Source: the human T2T-CHM13v2.0 reference genome, Homo sapiens
DNA: 64,000 bases
Assembly (NCBI RefSeq): GCF_009914755.1
Contig: NC_060931.1
Strand: one strand, 5' to 3'
Position 1 is the stretch's first letter. Every line of letters begins with the position of its first letter. The translations under genes and the position numbers were made by a program. The notes beneath the pieces are model-generated. The model saw only the letters and a program-made list of their open reading frames with translations. It made no database searches and was not told the DNA's origin. Below, in pieces: positions 38,232-50,560 of the stretch.

Positions 38232-40015
38232 CAGGTATACCTTATTTTATTGGGCTTTGCTTTATTTTGCTTTGCAGATCGTGCATTTTTTACAAATTGA
38301 AGGTTTATGACAATCTTGCATTGAGCAAATCTATCGGTGCCATTTTTTCCAACAGCATGTGTTCACTTTGTGTCTCCGTGTCACATTTTGGTAATTCTTG
38401 CAATATTTCAAACTTTTTCATTATTATTATATCTGTTATGATCTGTAATCAGTGATCTTTGCTGTTACTATTGTAATTGTTTGGGGGTGCCAAGTTGTGA
38501 ATGCAAAGAAAAACTTCTTGAAGGAAATTGAAAGTAGTACTCCTGTGAACACACAAATAATAAGAAAGTACTAGAGTGTTATTGCTGATGTGCACAAAGT
38601 TTTAGCGGTCTAGAAAGAATACCAAACCAGTCAGAACATTCCCTTAAACCAAAGCCTAATTGAGCAAGATCCTATCTTCAGCTCTATGCAGGCTGAGCAA
38701 GGTGAGGAAGCTACATAAAAAACGTTGCAAGCTAGCAGAGGTTGGTTTGGATTTAAGGAAAGAAGCTGTCTATAACATAAAAGTGCAAAGTAAAGCAGCA
38801 AGTGCTGATATAGAAGCTGCAGCAAGTTATCTCAAATATCTAGTTAAGGTAATAGATTAAGATGACTACATTAAGCAACAGATTTTTCAATGTAGATGAA
38901 ACAGCCTTCTGTTGGAAGAAAACAACATCTAGGACTTTCATAGCTAGAGAGGAAAAGTCAATGGCTGGCTTCAAAATTTCAAGGGACAGATTGACTCTTT
39001 TGTTAGGGGTTAATGCAGTTGGTGACTTTAAGTTGAAGCCAATGCCCATTTACCATTCTGAAAATACTAGAGCCCTTAAGAATCAAGCTAAATCTACTCT
39101 GCTTGTGCTCAATAATGAAACAACAAAGCCTGGATGATACTGCATCTGTTTATAGCATGGTTTACTGAATATTTTAAGCCCACTGCTGAGACCTACTGCT
39201 CAGAAAAAAAGATTTATTTCAAAATATTAGTTCTTATTGACAACGCATGTAGTCATCTAAGAGCTCTGATGGAGATGTACAAGGAGATGAATGTTGTTTG
39301 CCTGCCTGCTAACACAATATCTATTCTGCAGCACATGGGCCAAAGAGTAATTCTGACTTACAAGTCTTATTATTTAAGAAATGCATTTTGTAAGACTATA
39401 CTTGCCATAGTTATTCCTCCAATGGATCCAGGCAAAGTATATTGAAAACCTCTGGAAAGGATTCACCAACCTAGATGCCATTAAGAACATTCATGATTCA
39501 TGGAAGGAGGTCATAATATCTACCTTAACAGGAGTTTGAATGAAGTTGGTTCTCATGGATGACTTTGAGGGGGTTCAAGACTTCAGTGGAGAAAGTAATT
39601 GCAGATGTGGTAGAAACAGCAAGAGAACTAGAATTAGAAGAGGAGTCTGAAGATGTGACTGGATTGCTGCAATCTCATGATAACACTTGAAGAGATGAGG
39701 AATTGCTTCTCATGGGTGAGCAAAGAAAGTGTTTCTTAAGATGGAATCTGCTCCGGGTGAAGATGCAGTGACAATTGTTGAAATGACAACAAAGAATTTA
39801 GAATATTACATAAATGTAGTTGACAAAGCAGTAGTAGGGTTTGAGAGGATATACTCCAGTTTTGAAAGAAGTTCCACAGTGGGTAAAATGCTATCAAACA
39901 ACATTGCATGCAACAGAGAACTCTTTAGTGAATGAAAAAGTCAATGGATGCAGCAAAATTCATTACTGTCTTATTTTAAGAAATTGCCACAGTCACCCCA
40001 AAGTATAGAAACCAC
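38232..40015 (+). mobile_element. Tigger1 (TcMar/pogo) DNA transposon, internally deleted and 3'-truncated, with decayed transposase
   Basis: TA followed by the TIR CAGGTATACCT. Transposase motifs [29 protein letters not shown] and KILVLIDNA occur in frameshifted ORFs 38660-39935. Confidence 0.92.
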
Positions 40016-40671
40016 TGCAACGCCAGTAGGTTGTAACTCTTTATCTGGAAAAAAATCATTCTCTCCAGCTTTTTATTCATCCATTTATTCTACAAATTTT
40101 GTGGAACACCTACTACTGTTCTAGGTACTTAGGATACATCAGTGAATAAAATAGTCTAAGATATCCTCATCAATCTCTATTCTTGAATGGGAGATAAAGA
40201 ATAAACAAGAAACATAATAAGTAAGTAAATTATATGGTATGTTATAAGATGATACACCCTTTAGAAATGTAAAATGTAAAGCCGGATAAAGGGATTTGGG
40301 AGCACTGGATCAAGCTGAGGGGTGGCACAATACCATTCTATCCTTTCCATTTAAATAGAAATCTTGTATACATGTACCTTGCATAAGCTGGGCTACCTCT
40401 AAGATTGTTTAAAATATGAAGATTAAATGATATAATAAAAAAGTTCCAGATATTCTGCCCTTTGTTTTGTAACATTTTGAAGATGATTAACTTGAGAAGT
40501 ACCTAGTACTGTGTGGTTAGGCTCTCAATACATTTCTAATAAATTAATCATCAAGTTGTTGCTACCCTCTCTTATTTCCTTGAGAGGATAGCAACAATTT
40601 TAAATCACTCAAAAATCATATTACACATTTTTTATTCATCACAAGATTCCTCTAAGATGATATTGGTTGAT

Positions 40672-40970
40672 GAAAGCATCATCCTCAGCAAACTAACACA
40701 GAAACAGAAAGCCAAACACTGCATGTACTCACTCATAAGTGGGAGTTGAACAATGAGAACACATGGACAGAAGGGAGGGGAACATCACACACTGGGGCCT
40801 GTCGGCAGGGGTCGGGGGCTAGGGGAGGGATAGCATTAGGAGAAATACCTAATGTAGACAATAGGTTGATGGGTGCAGCAAACCACCATGGCGTATGTAT
40901 ACCTATGTAACAAACCTGCAGGTTCTGCACATGTTTCCCAGAACTTAAAGTATAATTTTAAAAAAAAGCA
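40672..40970 (+). mobile_element. L1PA 3' end fragment
   Basis: catcatcctcagcaaactaacacag...gagttgaacaatgagaacacatgg...cagaacttaaagtataat, then an A-rich tail. Confidence 0.9.
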
Positions 40971-42910
40971 TAAAAAACTGCTAAAAAATTGTTGCTATAG
41001 TGACACCTTCCAATATTTCATACCAAGAGTAAATATACAAAATTTGTATTATGTTTTTACTGCAGATATGCCATAAGTGTGTTTATATATCATTTGTGCA
41101 GTGACTATATTTAATACCATGCATCAGGATGGATGAACTTTTATGTGGCTCCCAAAGAATACTATAATATCTGATTTTGGCAATGCAGTTATATCACTTT
41201 TCAGCACAGAGCCTATTATTACACACAAGTTCAAAAATAACAGAATTCTGCCTCAAGTTTAAGAAACTTAAAAAAAAGTGACCTAGTGGGAAACAGTCTA
41301 AAATAATATAATTAAGCTGGTAAAAGTCAAACTGGTTTATGAATATAATAACTGGTAATATGATCCACAGATAGACAACAATGATTAAACAGAAATACCC
41401 CAAGGACACTATTGAATAGGGGATTATTGTCATTGCACTGCACACACGGGGATCAATTTTGTCTTTAAATTGAAAGCTGGAAGATACTTTTTTCTCCAGA
41501 GCCACTTAATAACCATCCATCTAGAAAGCTGATTTGGCTGAAAGAAAGAAGTTGTCATAGAGATTATAATTAGGGGATGACTGGGATAGAGTGGCAAAGT
41601 CATAACATTCCACAAACACCAGAATTTGCAGAACATATTTAAGGAAAGCAGGAATTCCCAAAGAAATCAGGCATTGGAGACTCAATTTCTCAAGACTTTA
41701 CTTTGAGTAATTATGTTAGTAAACACTAAAATATCAATTGGACATTCCGTCAGATACCAGATTGAGAAAGGAATGATGCAGGACATGCAGAAGAACTAAA
41801 CTAGAACCATTCACTTCATTAAGGATCTTTCTGAGATCCTTTCGGAATCCCCACGAAGTCAATGTCATCATGGATTCATCATTTTTCTGTAAGTGCCTTT
41901 CTCTAGAATACAGTACTGCATTCTTCATGCTGTGAGTTGACAATACTAAAATAAAAAATGTATACTGCCTTTGGCCAATTTCAATTATTTTTGTTCTTTT
42001 ACTTTTTTGAAGTGATCAAACATTTCTGTGAGTCACAGAATATTTTAAAAGATGTTTCTAAATATAAGATTGACTGAAGTGGCTTGCTGATGCTCTCATG
42101 CATCTAATTAACAAATCAAGGCAAGAGTGAGAAAATATAAATGTTATTCTGGAAGCTCACAGGTAATGTTAAACAATTATTTTAGTGATTCAGTATGCAT
42201 AACAAGCTAAAATGTGAGCAAACACTTATGTGCTGCATTCCAAAATAAACACATCTTTTAAGTGATCTTCAATTTTATATTTTAATGGCTAATTATGGTT
42301 TTCTACATTATCACCTCAAAGTAGAAAGAGAATTTATATTTTTCTTGGTATCTAATTTATAACACTTATGTTATTTCATATAGAGAATAAAATATTCAAT
42401 TACTCTTTGAGATGTTTCTCAAAGTACATGGATTATAAATATTAAGTTCCCTTTACTTTTATAGTTATTGTTCTCAAGGCATGTAATAATCTTCAACTCA
42501 GCAATGCATGTATATTAACCTGAAACATACTTATATGCAGAGCTTCAATATTATGGAGTCTTTGGAGTTCACATCATTAGACTTTTTTTTTGTTTTTACC
42601 TTAAATATACACAATAAAATTTATTTTTTAATAAAAAGGATCTGGAGATTGATTGCCCAACAACGTGAATGTACTTAACACTACTGAACACACTTAAAGA
42701 TAGTTAAAATGGTAATATTATACATATTTATGGGGTACCTGTGATATTACAGAGTACATACATACTCCTGTAATGATCAAATCAGGATAACTGAGATGAC
42801 CCATCACCTCAAACATTTATCATTTCTTTGCATATCACTAGACTTCAATACAATAGAATCTATGTGATAAGGTAACAACAAAAGGACAAGAGTTTTAGAA
42901 ACTTCTTTGT

Positions 42911-43733
42911 GTGAAGAACTTAAACAAATTTACAAGAAAAAACCCCATCCAAAAGTGGGCAAAGGATATGAACAGGCAGTTCTCAAAAGACGACATTTAT
43001 GTGGCTAACAAACATATGAAAAAAAGCTCATCATCACTGGTCATTAGAGAAATGCAAATCAAAACCACAGTGAGATACCACCTCACACCAGTTAGAATGG
43101 TGATCATTAAAAAGTCAGGAAACAACAGATGCTGGCGAGGATGTGGAGAAAGAGGAACACTTTTACAATGTTGGTGGGAGTGTAAATTAGTTCAACCATT
43201 GTGGAAGACAGTGTGGCGATTCCTCAAGGATCTAGAACCAGAAATACCATTTGACCCAGCAATCCCATTACTGGGTATATACCCGAAGGATTATAAATCA
43301 TTCTACTATAAAGACACATGCACACGTATGTTTACTGTGGCACTGTTCACAATAGCAAAGACTCGGAACCAACCCAAATGCTCATCAATGATATACTGGA
43401 TAAAGAAAATGTGGCACATATACATCATAAAATGGATGAAGCTGGAAACCGTCATGCCCAGCAAACTAACACAAGAACAGAAAACCAAACTCTGCATGTT
43501 CTCACTCAAAAGTGAAAGTTGAACAATAAGAACACATGGGCACAGGGAGGGGAACATCACACACCGGGGTCTGTCAGGGGATGGGGGGCAGTGGAGGGAT
43601 AGCATCAGGAGAAATACCTAATGTAGATGACGGGTTGATGGGTGCAGCAAACCACCATGGTACGTGTATACCTATGTTGCAAACCTGCACTTTCTGTACA
43701 TGTATCCCAGAACTTAAAGTATAACAAAAAAAA
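42911..43733 (+). mobile_element. 5'-truncated L1PA (approximately PA7/PA8 age): ORF2 C-terminus plus 3'UTR
   Basis: ORF 42911..43522 is the L1 ORF2 C-terminus (KWAKDMNRQFSK, CWRGCGE.GTL..CWWEC) with an internal deletion near 43425. 3'UTR and A-tail follow. Confidence 0.93.
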
Positions 43734-43758
43734 AGAGAGGGGGCACAGTTGTCTGCTC

Positions 43759-43946
43759 TGTGTGTGTGTGTGTGTGTGTGTGTATAAACTATATATATAA
43801 TTAAACTATATATATAATTAAACTATATATATAAAACTATCATTATATATAACTATTTTATATATATATAAAATGCTGTATATATATAATGAAACTATAT
43901 ATGTATATATAGAATGAAACTATATATATGTATATATATATTAAAT
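43759..43946. repeat. (TG)n followed by an AT-rich minisatellite (unit about AAACTATATATATAATT)
   Basis: Directly visible. Confidence 0.9.
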
Positions 43947-44494
43947 GAAACTTCTTTGTAGTGAGATGTTTAAGAGATTTCAATAAATATGTCACCATAC
44001 ACTTTGATAGTTTATAAATATGAGATGGTTTTTATTAGCATTGTTTTCTGAACCATATAATAAAACTGGAGCAGCACCATTCCAATAGCAGGATATATTA
44101 ATATTTCAGCAAGGTTGGAGGATAACTGCCATGTATCATGCTTCTAGCAATTTAACTCATCCTTTCTTGGCCACTTCTATCAAGTAAGTAAGAGATCATC
44201 ATCTGGTGTTGCAAGTATGTGGTATCTATGTTTCAGGCTGCCCCACTGTAAACTTCTTTCATTCCATTATAAAAAGACAGATGTATTAAAATAAAAGAAG
44301 ACCAGAGAAAATTGCTTAATACTGCCTATATTAAGATTGAATATATTCTGGTCAAAGATGGCACCATTCACAATCTTTTGGCAACACAATTATAATTGCT
44401 GCGTTTTTCCTTTCTTTTTTGGTTTAGAAAATAAAAGTGGGCACAGTTTCCTAGGAGTATGCACATTTTTCTTTTTGTTTGTTCGTTTGTTTTA

Positions 44495-44519
44495 TGTGTG
44501 TGTGTGTGTGTGTGTGTGT
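44495..44519. repeat. (TG)n microsatellite
   Basis: Directly visible. Confidence 0.95.
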
Positions 44520-45035
44520 CAATCTAAATTCAATAGAGAATAAACGTTTGAGTTTTCACCAGTTACTAGTTGCCATCTTCTCTGCTGCTTAATGACATTT
44601 TGTGCATATTGCAAATCTTGCCAGTTTAGGTGTTAAAAGTCTGTTTAAATCTCAAACTGATTCAAATCTTATTTCCTCCTTACTCCCTTCCTGTGCACAG
44701 ACTTGTTAGGGATTATTGGGTGTGTTTAATGTACAGGCTCTTGATAAGCTCTGGGGGACCGTTCTGGCACCAGTTTTGCCTACCCTTTGCAAGATTTGGG
44801 CCCCATCAGGCTTCCTGTCATTATCTTTGGGACTTAAGTTGCCAACTTCTGGACAATGAGGCAATGCCATTGAATGTCCTGTTACATATAAATGATATAT
44901 GTATAGTGTGGTGCTTCAGAGTTTAATTTAGAATATACGTCTGTAAACCTTCACTTCCATTCCACTATGATGCGTGTGCATTTTCCCTCCACACTCCCGA
45001 AGATAGCAAATATGTAACAATGAAGATTGAATTAC

Positions 45036-45299
45036 CATGGCTGTTACATCTAGATGTTTCCACAAGCCTGCCATTTTGATCGTAGCATGCCATTGCTTGG
45101 TAACGATATCCTTGTCCGCATTCCTTGATGTCTCCTTGTACTTTCATTCCCAGCAACACTTCCACTTTTCCCTCTGGTAAAATACAGTCTGACCAGTTCC
45201 CCACAGGTTGTGCATTATATTTGTCACAAGGACAATACTGAGTCTCAATCAGGGGATACAAATGGGAATTTTTACATTTTTCCTTCTTTTTACTTTTTC
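45036..45299 (-). CDS. THSD7A: THSD7A coding exon (264 nt, phase 1-1): KSKKKEKCKN...VETSRCNSH
   Basis: Acceptor ctcttccacag|GA, donor CATG|gtaatt. Lies inside ORF 44965..45432. Confidence 0.95.
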
Positions 45300-46204
45300 C
45301 TGTGGAAGAGAAACAATCAGGCAATTTAAGTTGGAAAATACCATCATTAATTTCACACATCCCTAAATTTTCTGCTTTCCTAATTTCTTTTTCTTCATTT
45401 TTAACCATATTTAACAGTAGCCTATAAATCAATGCTATTTTCTCATTCCACAGTGTTTTCTACATAGGCTCCTGTTGGTATTGGGTGCTTTGCATAGTAA
45501 AATTTGTATTATTTTTTCAGAACACTATTTTTCACATACTTTTTAATTATACTACAGATAAGTATATATTTATCTCTCACCTTCATAGGCTGTGTTATAT
45601 AGTTTCGACAGTCTTCATTACATAGGTGGTTCATTTTTTAACTTAAATTCTGAGTACTCTACTAGCACCAATATTTTTAGGTTGCTTTTGCCATTGGCAA
45701 TATTTCAAATGCACCAAGCTTTAGTTCAGAGTGATGGATCCTAATCCTGCTCATTATATTCATGCTGTTAGTCATTACTATGGTTTAAAATACAATTTTC
45801 AGATACAGAATTAATGCTATATTCCCCCTTCTAGGTGAGAAAGGATAATCTGAGGCTCTGACAGTGAGAATGGGTTAACAAAGTAGCAACTTTTTCTCTT
45901 GTTCCCCAAAAACTTTGCTCCAAGCACTTTACAGTCTGCAGGCAGTCCACTAAAAGATTATGTCTACACCAGAAAATAATCCACTGCATATTATATAGGG
46001 AGTCAGAGTTCAATTTTCAAGCCTTCCTTTTCTTTTTACTAAAAGTACATAATGCTTTTATCACTGCCAGCTAAATTTAAAATATACATCTAAATCCATT
46101 GGCATATTATTTTTCAAATACACTGTCAGAATTCTCTCAGTCTGACTTGTATTATGTTCCTCTACTTTGACGTGTACTGGCTTTGGCATCCCAATTATTC
46201 TTAC

Positions 46205-46399
46205 CAACAAGAGTGCGCTTTCTGGTCCTAACTGCACCACAGTCTCCATTGCATGAAGAAAACTTGGACCAGCTGGTCAATTGACAGTCATCCTGGCAGG
46301 GGATCTGGCAGGCCTGGGTAAGGGCTGGCACAGGGCCTGCATACTGTAGGCACTCATGGATTCCAGCCTGTCCTCCATCTTGCTTGCGACAAGTAATGG
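46205..46399 (-). CDS. THSD7A: THSD7A coding exon (195 nt, phase 1-1): ITCRKQDGGQAGIHECLQYAGPVPALTQACQIPCQDDCQLTSWSKFSSCNGDCGAVRTRKRTLV
   Basis: Acceptor ttttcttttag|CC, donor GTTG|gtaaga. Translated by hand; absent from the ORF track. Confidence 0.94.
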
Positions 46400-48027
46400 C
46401 TAAAAGAAAAGCATAAAGCTGTTATAACAAATTCAAACGTCTAATTACTCTATAATTTAGAAGCTAACCTAACATTTGGTTAAGCAGTCAGAGAAAGCCT
46501 CTTGTAGTTCCTTACTTACAGTAGAAATCTTATAGGAGTGTTTCTAATAATCCCAGTAGCCATTAAATTGGTTATTTTTAAAAATAACACACAACCCTGA
46601 GTGATTTTTGTGGCACAGAAAAGTGGACACATATGCATACTTAGCATTTACCAGTTTTAATTATATGTATTCAGGGTTTCAATTCATGTCACATGTAGGG
46701 TATATTTAGAAATAAATTTGTAAGAATGTAAGACAAACCATACGTGGGTTCTGATAATAGCTTATGTTGAGCATAGGGTGTTTGGAGAGGGACTGGAAGA
46801 TACTAGGTATATCTAATATTGTTTTATATCATTGGACACCCTAGAATTCCTTTATAGAAGTGTTTTAGTGGCAGAAAGCTGGTTGGTAGGTTGGAGTTTG
46901 GGGTCAGGAAGGTGTGCTTATAGAACTTATCTTGAAACTGCATTGGCATGGGAAGTATGTTCACTGTATTACATTTCAAGTTTATTAGGAAGGGTTGGAA
47001 TCATTAATGGATAAGCAATGTCAAAGTCCTCCATCTCCTCTTTCTACAAGTTCTTCACATGCACAAACATCAACCTGGCACTTAAAAATTTTCAATAATC
47101 TTCATTTATTATGTTAAAATTTGTAGTTCTAAAATTACATATAAATTTAAAAAATCAAAGTTTAAATTCATAAAAATTATTTCGCCTATGATATTGTTCT
47201 GCTGACTTAAAATGAGAAATAATATTTTTACCTATTGAACATATACATATGAGTGTTTTATGGTAACAAGTCTTAAAGAAAAAGAGCAAGCATGTTTAAA
47301 GCCCACTTTCTCCCTATGCCATTTCCTTTCCATTGGTTTTAAAAACAACTCACTTATTGAGGAAGCAGATGAAACATTAAACCTTGGTCCTAAAGTTGGC
47401 TTCACTGAATTATCTTAAATGGCCTCATTCAGATTGATTTACTTGGCTTTTTCAGGTTTATGGTCTAGGCTGAAACTGCCGCTGATCTCTGCCCTGTTCA
47501 GGATTCCATCACCATGAAATCGAGGTGAAGGAGCCTGACGTTTTTGACCTTAAATTACAGTGAGGGCATAGAGGGCCTCAGGTTAGACAACACCGTCTGG
47601 ATCTGTGTACTAAAACCTATTGCCTAGGAGTGCAGGGCTTTGTAATAGAGTGTGTAAATGGACATAACTAGCAATTTTAGCAAGGCAAGATTTTCTCTGT
47701 GTAGTTGAACACAACTTAATGCAACTGCTTCAGGCCTAACATAAAAGGCCCTTCTAAATTGTTCAATTGTGGATGCACTTCCCTATTTCTTAGCTTTAGA
47801 TGTGCTTTTCATTTAGTACACATGACTTGACTTTGGAAGGGCCAGTTTGTAAGAAAAGAACAGGGGCCCCTAAATTTTTAAAAATATGAAAATCCTGGTA
47901 GGGTGAACAGTGTTGGCCTTGATGAAGGTTAGATGACAGAAACAAATAAAAAACATTAAGTGTCTCAAAGAGAATCTACCCCCTTGAGGGAGGACACATC
48001 TGGTACTCTGTTTAATCATAGCAGTCT

Positions 48028-48405
48028 AAGATGGTGGTTCTCATGTCTGGCTGCAGATTATAATCCCCTGGATAACCTTTGGAAAATACCTATGCCCTTA
48101 CTAAACTCTAATGCTCTGATTTCCCTGGTTGAGGTTGGGGTCCTGGGATTTAGGATACTTTTTAAGCTTTCTGATGATTTAATTATCCAAGCTATATGAG
48201 AACTACTGCTCTAGTAGGTAATATATTTTCACCTGCATCAGAAACACCTAGAATGCTATTAAACATGAAGATCCCTGGACCCAAAAAGAGTTCCATAATC
48301 TGGACCAATCCAGATAATGAGATACCTGCTATGGGGTCAGGAATATGCATTTTTTTCAAGATGCTCAGGTGATCCTTACGCAGATTCAAGTTTGAGACCC
48401 ACCAG
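48028..48405. mobile_element. Two adjacent MER5-type hAT-Charlie fossils
   Basis: First copy gtggttctca...tgagaactactgctcta; second copy ctgcatcagaaacacct...caagtttgagacccacc. Confidence 0.65.
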
Positions 48406-50089
48406 CTTGAGTATTCAAGGTACAGGAAGGGTTCTGGCAAACACATATGGCTAAGACAGAAAATCCTTTGGTACCTAATCAGCCTGGTACCATGCCAAGC
48501 TTTGGGAAACAATGGCTGAACATTGTATGAACTGAAAGAGCTCTAAGCTTGGAGTTCAAAGGAAGGGCATGATAGAAATTTGTACAGGGAATAGATAAAA
48601 AAGAACATCCATATAGTTTAGAAGAACATCATCTGTAACACAGTGTAGGAGAAATCCTCGAGATGCAGGCTATAAACGAGCTGCTATGATTTTGAAGTTC
48701 TTTCTACACCTGCCATTTGGAAGCAGGATTGACCCTTTCAGACACTCTAAACTTAGTAAGTGCCGATGGTTCATGGACAAAGTTGCCCCAAGGATGCTAA
48801 AAAAATTGATAAAGAGAAAGATATTAAACTTTTTACTAATCAGGACATGCAAGAGCCTCAAGAATGATATATTTGGAAAATAAGACATCTGATCATATGA
48901 GAATCGTAAGCTGTGAAGAGGGTTTCACTGTTTGTAACTAAAAGAAAATTAAAAATTACCAAACTAAATTTGGGTTATTTGAAATGAGACTACTTTTACC
49001 TACTCATTCCATTTAGCTCTTTGAAACAGACTTCAATATAAATCTTTTGAGAAATTAGATGAAACTGACTTAGGTTCTCTCTTAAGGGTCTTTCTTACAA
49101 ATTTTGTTTCAGAATTGCTCCAACCATTATCCTGTTATGTGACACCAAAAAGAAAAACAAAATAAAATAACACTACTACCAATACAATTCCAGAAACAAT
49201 TTATTTTGTGCAGATCTATACTATTCACATAAACTGGAATCCCTTTTCCCCATATACCTGCACTACATAAAATCTTAAGTACTCTAGCTAGTTGAAAAGA
49301 AAAAAAAATTGTGTAAAATTCCCATAGCTATTCTCACTCTGCACTTTACACCTCTTATCTGAGGTTTTAGACAGTGTACTTTTGGAATAAATTACTCATA
49401 CAATGTTATCCAAACAAGCAGCAACAGCACAATCTGTACAATATACTGAAAATTTATCCTACATCTCAACTTGTTTGTATTCTGACTTAGAGGAAACACA
49501 ATTCAAACACAGAAATACAATCTGAAATGAACTTCCTGATACTAGGGCGAGGAAAATATAAATGTTTGGAAAGGAAACCATCTGGTCTCTCAACTTTATG
49601 GATCTTAAAAATCATTTCTGAAACACTGAAAACAGGGTGATTTGAATAGTAGAAAAGATGGATCATACTAAGAGCACAGTTTCTTAGCACACCAGAAAAC
49701 TACATATACCCAGAAAATTTGTATCTGTATTTACAGGTGAAGCATGTATATGTCATATCTAATGATGACACAAGTTCTCCTTTGAGCTGAAGCATTGTTA
49801 GCAAGATGGGAAAAAGTCATGTTACCCTACAGATAATTCACCATGAAAGCTTCTCAGTGAGATCCGCAAAAATCAAGATGATTATTTTAAAGTAAAATTC
49901 CATATTTAACTCTGTTGATTATATCCATTTACTTCATTTATTTATTGTATTTATATAAAGCACAGCAATTTTTATTTAAGTGATATAGGACAGGCTGCTC
50001 CTGGCAGACTGAAAGCACGGGAAGAATCAATATGACTGATTTGTGGGTTACATATGAATCAACTTAAACAAGCTTAGCCCATCAATATT

Positions 50090-50560
50090 GGGAAAATGCT
50101 GTAAAGATAAATAAGAGAAGTTTCTTCAACAAATACATGCTATGAAAAAGGGAGCTATAACTGTTGTCAGATTAAAAGTGACCTAAGAAATACACGAACC
50201 AAATGCAACGTGGAGACCTTTTGGAACCTCAGTTTGAACAAACTATGCATAAACATTTTTGAGACAATGGAGAAAAATTATTAGATAAAAGTATTAGATA
50301 GTTTGAAAGAATTGCTAATTATAATGCTATTGTTATGTTAAAAATGCTCAAGTATTTATGGATGATATATATCTTACTTGGAAGTTGCTTTAAAATACTC
50401 CAGCAAAATTCTTTTTAAGTGTGTGGACAGACGACCAAGAATAGCAACATGTTAAAAACTGCTGAAGCTGAGTAAATGATGACTACATTGCTAGTACTCA
50501 TTATATTAGTCCCTCTACTTTTGTGTATCTTTGAAACTTCCCATAAGTTTAAATTAAAAA
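50090..50560 (+). mobile_element. Old L1 (L1MC/MD-like) 3'UTR fragment
   Basis: accaaatgcaacgtgg...tgctttaaaatactccagc...ctctacttttgtgtat...ttgaaacttcccataa. Confidence 0.6.

Noticed and set aside
40807-40830. G-quadruplex-like G-run tract
   Set aside because: It is the standard G-rich segment of the L1PA 3'UTR, not locus-specific.
42911-43522. 203-aa ORF, the longest in the window
   Set aside because: It is the L1 ORF2 C-terminal remnant. It has a GTG start, an internal deletion and an H-to-Q change in the CCHC motif, so it is not a host gene.
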